Below, piece by piece: positions 58,500-64,000 of a stretch of DNA of 64,000 bases (position 1 is its first letter; each line of letters opens with the position of its first letter). Location of the stretch: positions 434,001 through 498,000 of the forward strand of contig OZ024762.1 in the NCBI GenBank assembly GCA_964016885.1, given 5' to 3'. The notes under the pieces are model-generated. The model ran no database searches. It worked only from the letters and a program-made list of their open reading frames with translations, and had not been told where the DNA came from. The stretch comes from Eledone cirrhosa (Eukaryota). The position numbers and the translations under genes are program-made.

Positions 58500-58640
58500 T
58501 TCTCATTCTTGCTTCTGATGAAGGACTAGTGCCCAAAACGTTGAAACCCTCTTCCTGCTATTTCAAGTGTTAAACTAATATATTCCTTCCATATACTGTA
58601 CTGGTTGTGTTGTTATTTCTGTTTACCTTTTACATACATA
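58500..58640 (+). mobile_element. Penelope-like short element, family A (hammerhead core degenerate)
   Basis: CTGATGA-A-GGAC-TAGT-GCCC-AAAACGTT plus the shared tail. Confidence 0.55.
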
Positions 58641-58643
58641 CAT

Positions 58644-58684
<41 letters not shown>

Positions 58685-58733
58685 TATTTATACATACATG
58701 TGTAGAATGAAGATTTAATGATGTAGAGTATAA

Positions 58734-59449
<716 letters not shown>

Positions 59450-59546
59450 GTAAGAAAATACCTAGTGACCTCATTCTATATATCATCTTGGTTTTTACCT
59501 GGTTCACACTTTATATTGAACGGAATCAATATAGATATATCTTTTT

Positions 59547-59660
59547 TTTTCTGATGAAGGACTAGCGTCCGAAATGTTGCAACTTTTTCCTACTATATCG
59601 AGCATAAAACTAATTATATATTTCTTCCTTGTACTGTGGTGTTGCTTTGTTGTTTTGCAT
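59547..59660 (+). mobile_element. Penelope-like short element, family A, with hammerhead motif, in an SH2D4 intron
   Basis: CTGATGA-A-GGAC-TAGC-GTCC-GAAA-TG-TT. Confidence 0.6.
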
Positions 59661-59670
59661 ATATATATAT

Positions 59671-59878
59671 AACGAAGGAAATGTGGTAAGGAACCAGGTG
59701 GACCATAATGCACCAAAGTACTCAATACTTAGGGTAGTAGAGTGGGTAATAGGAACGAGTAGGACGCCGACGGCTGAACTCAAGCCGTTTCGACGGCTAA
59801 TTTTGGACTGAATTTGTCGTCCAGAATTAGCCGTCGAAACGGCTTGAGCTCAGCAGTCGGGGTCCTACTTGTTCCTAT
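59671..59878. mobile_element. Fold-back element, family C, second copy
   Basis: Same 5' leader and gccgtttcgacggct/agccgtcgaaacggc hairpin as the 26678 copy. Confidence 0.6.
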
Positions 59879-60053
59879 ATATATATATATATATATATGG
59901 TGGCTGCCAACTCGTTTTCGAATACGGCCACTACTTTATATCCATGTAGGAGAACTCCTACCGATGCGCTGAACGAGTGTGACTTTTTAGTCCAGCCAGT
60001 GACTTGAAAACTCTGGTACAAACACAACACTTGTGACAATTATTGACACATAC

Positions 60054-60099
<46 letters not shown>

Positions 60100-60480
60100 A
60101 AGTAATACAGAAGACCCGACTTCCCACGGGTACAAGCTGAAGCATATAGACAATATGCCCCCACCCCCTCCCACTACAAAGTGGTCGTGGAGGTGCCACG
60201 GCAAAAAAGCACTCAGCACTCACTGTAAATGAGGTTGGTGTTAGGAAGGGCATCCTAGAAATCAAACCAGAATCAGTTCCCGTATGAGCAAGACAAGGTC
60301 AGCCGACCGGACACTGCTCACAACAGGACAACCTGTCTAACCCATGCTAGCGTGGAAGAACCGACGTAAAACGGTGATGATGATGATGATGATGATGATG
60401 ATATATGGGAGGTAACTACGTCTGTGGTTGTAACTATTACTATTAAGTAGATCATCAGTTCTCTCCCTTGAATATTGTAG

Positions 60481-60720
60481 TTGCTCTCGTAATATAATTG
60501 TTTCTACTTTAGGCACAAGGCCAGCAATACTCAGTGCATTACTGGTACTTTATTTTATCGACCCCGCATAGTTACGTCCCTTTACGATCCGAGTTCAAAT
60601 CCTACCGAGGTTGACTTTGCCTTTCATCCTTACGGGGTCGATAAAATAAAGTACCAGTAATGCACTGGGGTAATTGCTGGCCTTGTGCCTAAAGTATAAA
60701 CAATTATATTACGAGAGCAA
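60481..60720. repeat. Inverted SINE pair forming an ~85-bp stem
   Basis: 60481-60566 is the near-perfect reverse complement of 60633-60720, including the non-SINE flank (ttgctctcgtaatat/atattacgagagcaa). Confidence 0.8.
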
Positions 60721-60761
60721 GTCACTAACCTCCATGTACACAGCTACACACACACAGAGCT

Positions 60762-60794
<33 letters not shown>

Positions 60795-60933
60795 CATATA
60801 CACACATTGAAACACTTCTACAAACGTAAAGTAAATCCAACACATATTGTCTTTCTCTCATATATATACTCTTTTACCTGTTTCAGCCATCCGGCTGAGG
60901 CCATGCTGGGGCACCGCCCTATATATATATGAA

Positions 60934-61256
60934 GTCTGATAGTATACAGTTATATAACTGCTATAGATCAGGTCTGATAGTATACAGTTATATAACTGCT
61001 ATAGATCAGGTCTGATAGTATACAGTTATATAACTGCTATAGATCAGGCCTGATAGTATACAGTTATATAACTGCTATAGATCAGGCCTGATAGTATACA
61101 GTTATATAACTGCTATAGATCAGGCCTGATAGTATACAGTTATATAACTGCTATAGATCAGGCCTGATAGTATACAGTTATATAACTGCTATAGATCAGG
61201 CCTGATAGTATACAGTTATATAACTGCTATAGATCAGGTCTGATAGTATACAGTTA
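60934..61256. repeat. 38-bp minisatellite, ~8.5 copies
   Basis: (ctgatagtatacagttatataactgctatagatcaggc)n; each unit contains the palindrome cagttatataactg. Confidence 0.95.
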
Positions 61257-62307
61257 AAATAACAGATTAAAGTTTAATCTGTTATTTTAATAAATATTTG
61301 GGCTATGGTTTTTATATATTTGTTATATATTTATCCTTATCGAGCCCTCTTTGGATTTTAGTCTTCACATTTATTATTATTACTATATATATATATTTAT
61401 TTGGGTTTGTTGGTTCACCACTGGATAGAACTGGTCAGTCTGTCTGTGTGGTCAGCCACGATGTAATGTTATGGAAACCACTCAACGTAATGCAACCACC
61501 CATCTTCGTTTGTGTAGTTGGTGGTGCGAGTGCGGAGTTAATTATTACAAAATAACAGGAGGTATGCTCTGGTGTAAATCCTTGAAAGGTTTATTTTACT
61601 ATGATCATTTCAATGACCGGGTTCCGTATGAATCCGGTGACATCATCAGGTAATTCAAAATATAGCGAAGGAATATATCAGATAAAAATCCTTGGTGTTT
61701 AAATCAGAGACAAGAGGGCAGCCGGTATTTTAGCAGCTTGTAGCTACGTCATGATGATGATGATATTTATTTATAGGTTATATCAATAATTTGGAAATGT
61801 AAGTTTATATATCCTTACTGGAAGTATTTGTGACATGTGTGTGTTTGTGTGTGTGTCTGTGTGTGTCTACATGTGTTTGTGATAGTAAGAGGAGGTGTGT
61901 GTGCGTGTGTTGAAGGGTATAACAGGAAGTGCTTGTATGTTTATAGCTATAATTGTGTGTGGGGTTGTGTGTGTGTTTTAGTATAAGCCTTGGTATGTAT
62001 GTGAGTGTAATTCCTGGGTGTGTATGTGAATGTAAGTCTAGTGTGTGTGTATATATATTTACAATTAATAGCTTGTGTGAGTAATTGCTGTGTCTGTGTG
62101 TGTATGTTAGTGTGTGTGTGTGTGTGAGTGTGTGTGAGTAATTGCTGTGTCTGTGTGTGTATGGGAATATAAATCCAGTGTGTATGTTTACAAATATACA
62201 TCTAGTGTGTATATATAGGGCTATAATTGTTGTGTATAATTATATATTTATATTAATTGCTCTGTGTGTGTAATTGCTATAAATCAATGTGTGTATATAT
62301 ATATATA

Positions 62308-62372
<65 letters not shown>

Positions 62373-62504
62373 ATGTATGTATATGTATATATATGTGTGT
62401 GTATAATTATAGTTTGAGTATGTATGTATAATTGATGTGTGTATACATGTATGTATAAAAGTTAAGTCTGTATTTTATATATCAACTGATGTGTCTATAT
62501 ATTT

Positions 62505-63780
62505 GTTGTTGGTAGTGGTAGTAGTGGTGGTGGTAGTAGTAGTATTGGTGGTGGTGGTGGTGGTGGTGGTAGTAGTAGTAGTGGTGGTGGAGGTAGTAGT
62601 AGTGGTGGTGGTGGTGGTGGTAGTAGTGGAGGTAGTGGTGGTAGTAGTGGTAGTGGTTGTAGTAGTAGTGGTGGTAGTGGTGGTGGTGGTAGTAGTATTG
62701 GTAGTGGTGGTGGTGGTGGTGGTAGTAGTATTGGTAGTGGTAGTAGTAGTGGTGGTGGTAGTTAAGGAAGTAACAGATATTACAATGTCTGTTGTTCTCA
62801 AATTCAAAGGATGGTTTTAATGTTTAAGTTCAGTGGTGGTAGTGGTGTGGTGGTGGTGGTGGTGGTGATGGTGTAGTGGTGGTGGTGGTGGTGTTAGTGG
62901 TGGTGGTGGTGGTGGTGGGGGGTGTTAGCGATGGTGTGGTGGTGGTGATGGTGTAGTGGTGGTGGTGATGGTAGTGGTGGTGTTAGTGATGGTGTGGTGG
63001 TGGTGGTGGTGTTGGTGTTGAGATGGTGGTGGTGGAGATGTTGGTGTGTTGTGGTGGTGGAGATGGAGGTGGTGGTGTGTATGTGGTGTTCAGATGAAGG
63101 TGGTGGTGGAGATGTTGGTAGTGGTGGAGATGGTGGTGGTGGTGTGTTGTGGTGGTGGAGATGGATGTGGTGGCGTGTTGTGGTGTTCAGATGGTGGTGG
63201 TGGAGGTGTTGGTGGTGTTGTCGTGGTGGAGGTGGTGGTGTGTTGTGGTGGTGGAGGTGTTGGAGGTGGTGGTGTGTTGTGGTGGTGGAGGTGGAGATGT
63301 TGGTGGTGGTGCGTTGTGGTGGTGGTGTGTTGGTGGTGGTGTGTTGTGGTGTTCAGATGAAGGTGGTGGTGGAGATGTTGGTGGTGGTGGAGATGTTGGA
63401 GGTGGTGGTGTGTTGGTGGTGGTGGTGTGTTGGTGGTGGTGTGTTGTGGTGTTGGTGGTGGAGGTGTTGGTGGTGGTGTGTTGGTGGTGGTGTGTTGTGG
63501 TGTTCAGATGATGGTGGTGGTGGAGGTGTTGGTGGTGTTGTGGTGGTGGAGATGTTGGTGGTGGTGTGTTGTGGAGGTGTTGTCGTGGTGGAGGTGGTGG
63601 TGTGTTGTGGTGGTGGAGGTGTTGGAGGTGGTGGTGTGTTGTGGAGGTGTTGGTGGTGGTGGAGGTGGTGGTGTGTTGTGGTGGTAGAGGTGTTGGAGGT
63701 GGTGGTGTGTTGTGGAGGTGTTGGAGGTGGTGGTGTGTTGTGGAGGTGTTGGTGGAGGTGTTGGTGGAGGTGTTGGTGGA
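62505..63780. repeat. (GTG/GTA/GTT)n low-complexity region
   Basis: Trinucleotide-derived simple repeats; the ORFs here are artefacts. Confidence 0.9.
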
Positions 63781-64000
63781 AATAACTACCAAAATATTTG
63801 TTTCATCTCATTTCTTCTGCTTCCGACAGAAAAATTACAACTGATGTAATTTCAGACACCGGAACTTTGTAGGACTTTATTGAGGGGGGGGGGGGGGGGT
63901 AATATAGAGGGGGAGGGGGGAGATAGTGTGTGTGTGAGAGAGAGAGATAGAAGTGTGTGGGGAGGGGGTGGGGGTGAAAGAGAGTGTGTGAGAGAGGGAG

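Noticed and set aside
62437-63844. Val/Gly/Thr/His-rich ORFs
   Set aside because: Simple trinucleotide repeats without splice or codon evidence.

Overview
AT-rich eukaryotic (metazoan) genomic DNA dominated by (TA)n/(CA)n microsatellites, minisatellites, SINEs and LINE fragments. The repeat landscape is most consistent with a mollusc, probably a coleoid cephalopod such as an octopus (inference). Almost all ORFs in the supplied track are repeat artefacts. Splicing by hand gives five complete genes: FARS2 (-), LYRM4 (+, head-to-head with FARS2), UBFD1 (+), a membrane-anchored JmjC/cupin protein (+) and ZNHIT1 (-, containing a U12-type AT-AC intron). It also gives the 5' end of an SH2D4A/B-like gene (+), the 3' end of a gene with two tandem FIP-RBD-like motifs (+), and a putative 93-aa orphan gene (-). 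The most unusual signal is a high density of type I hammerhead ribozyme motifs of the Penelope-like kind, from several sequence families and often in fold-back arrangements. These include an 8 x 60-bp tandem hammerhead array with an inverted copy at 49.8-50.5 kb. All coordinates were counted by hand; no database searches were run.
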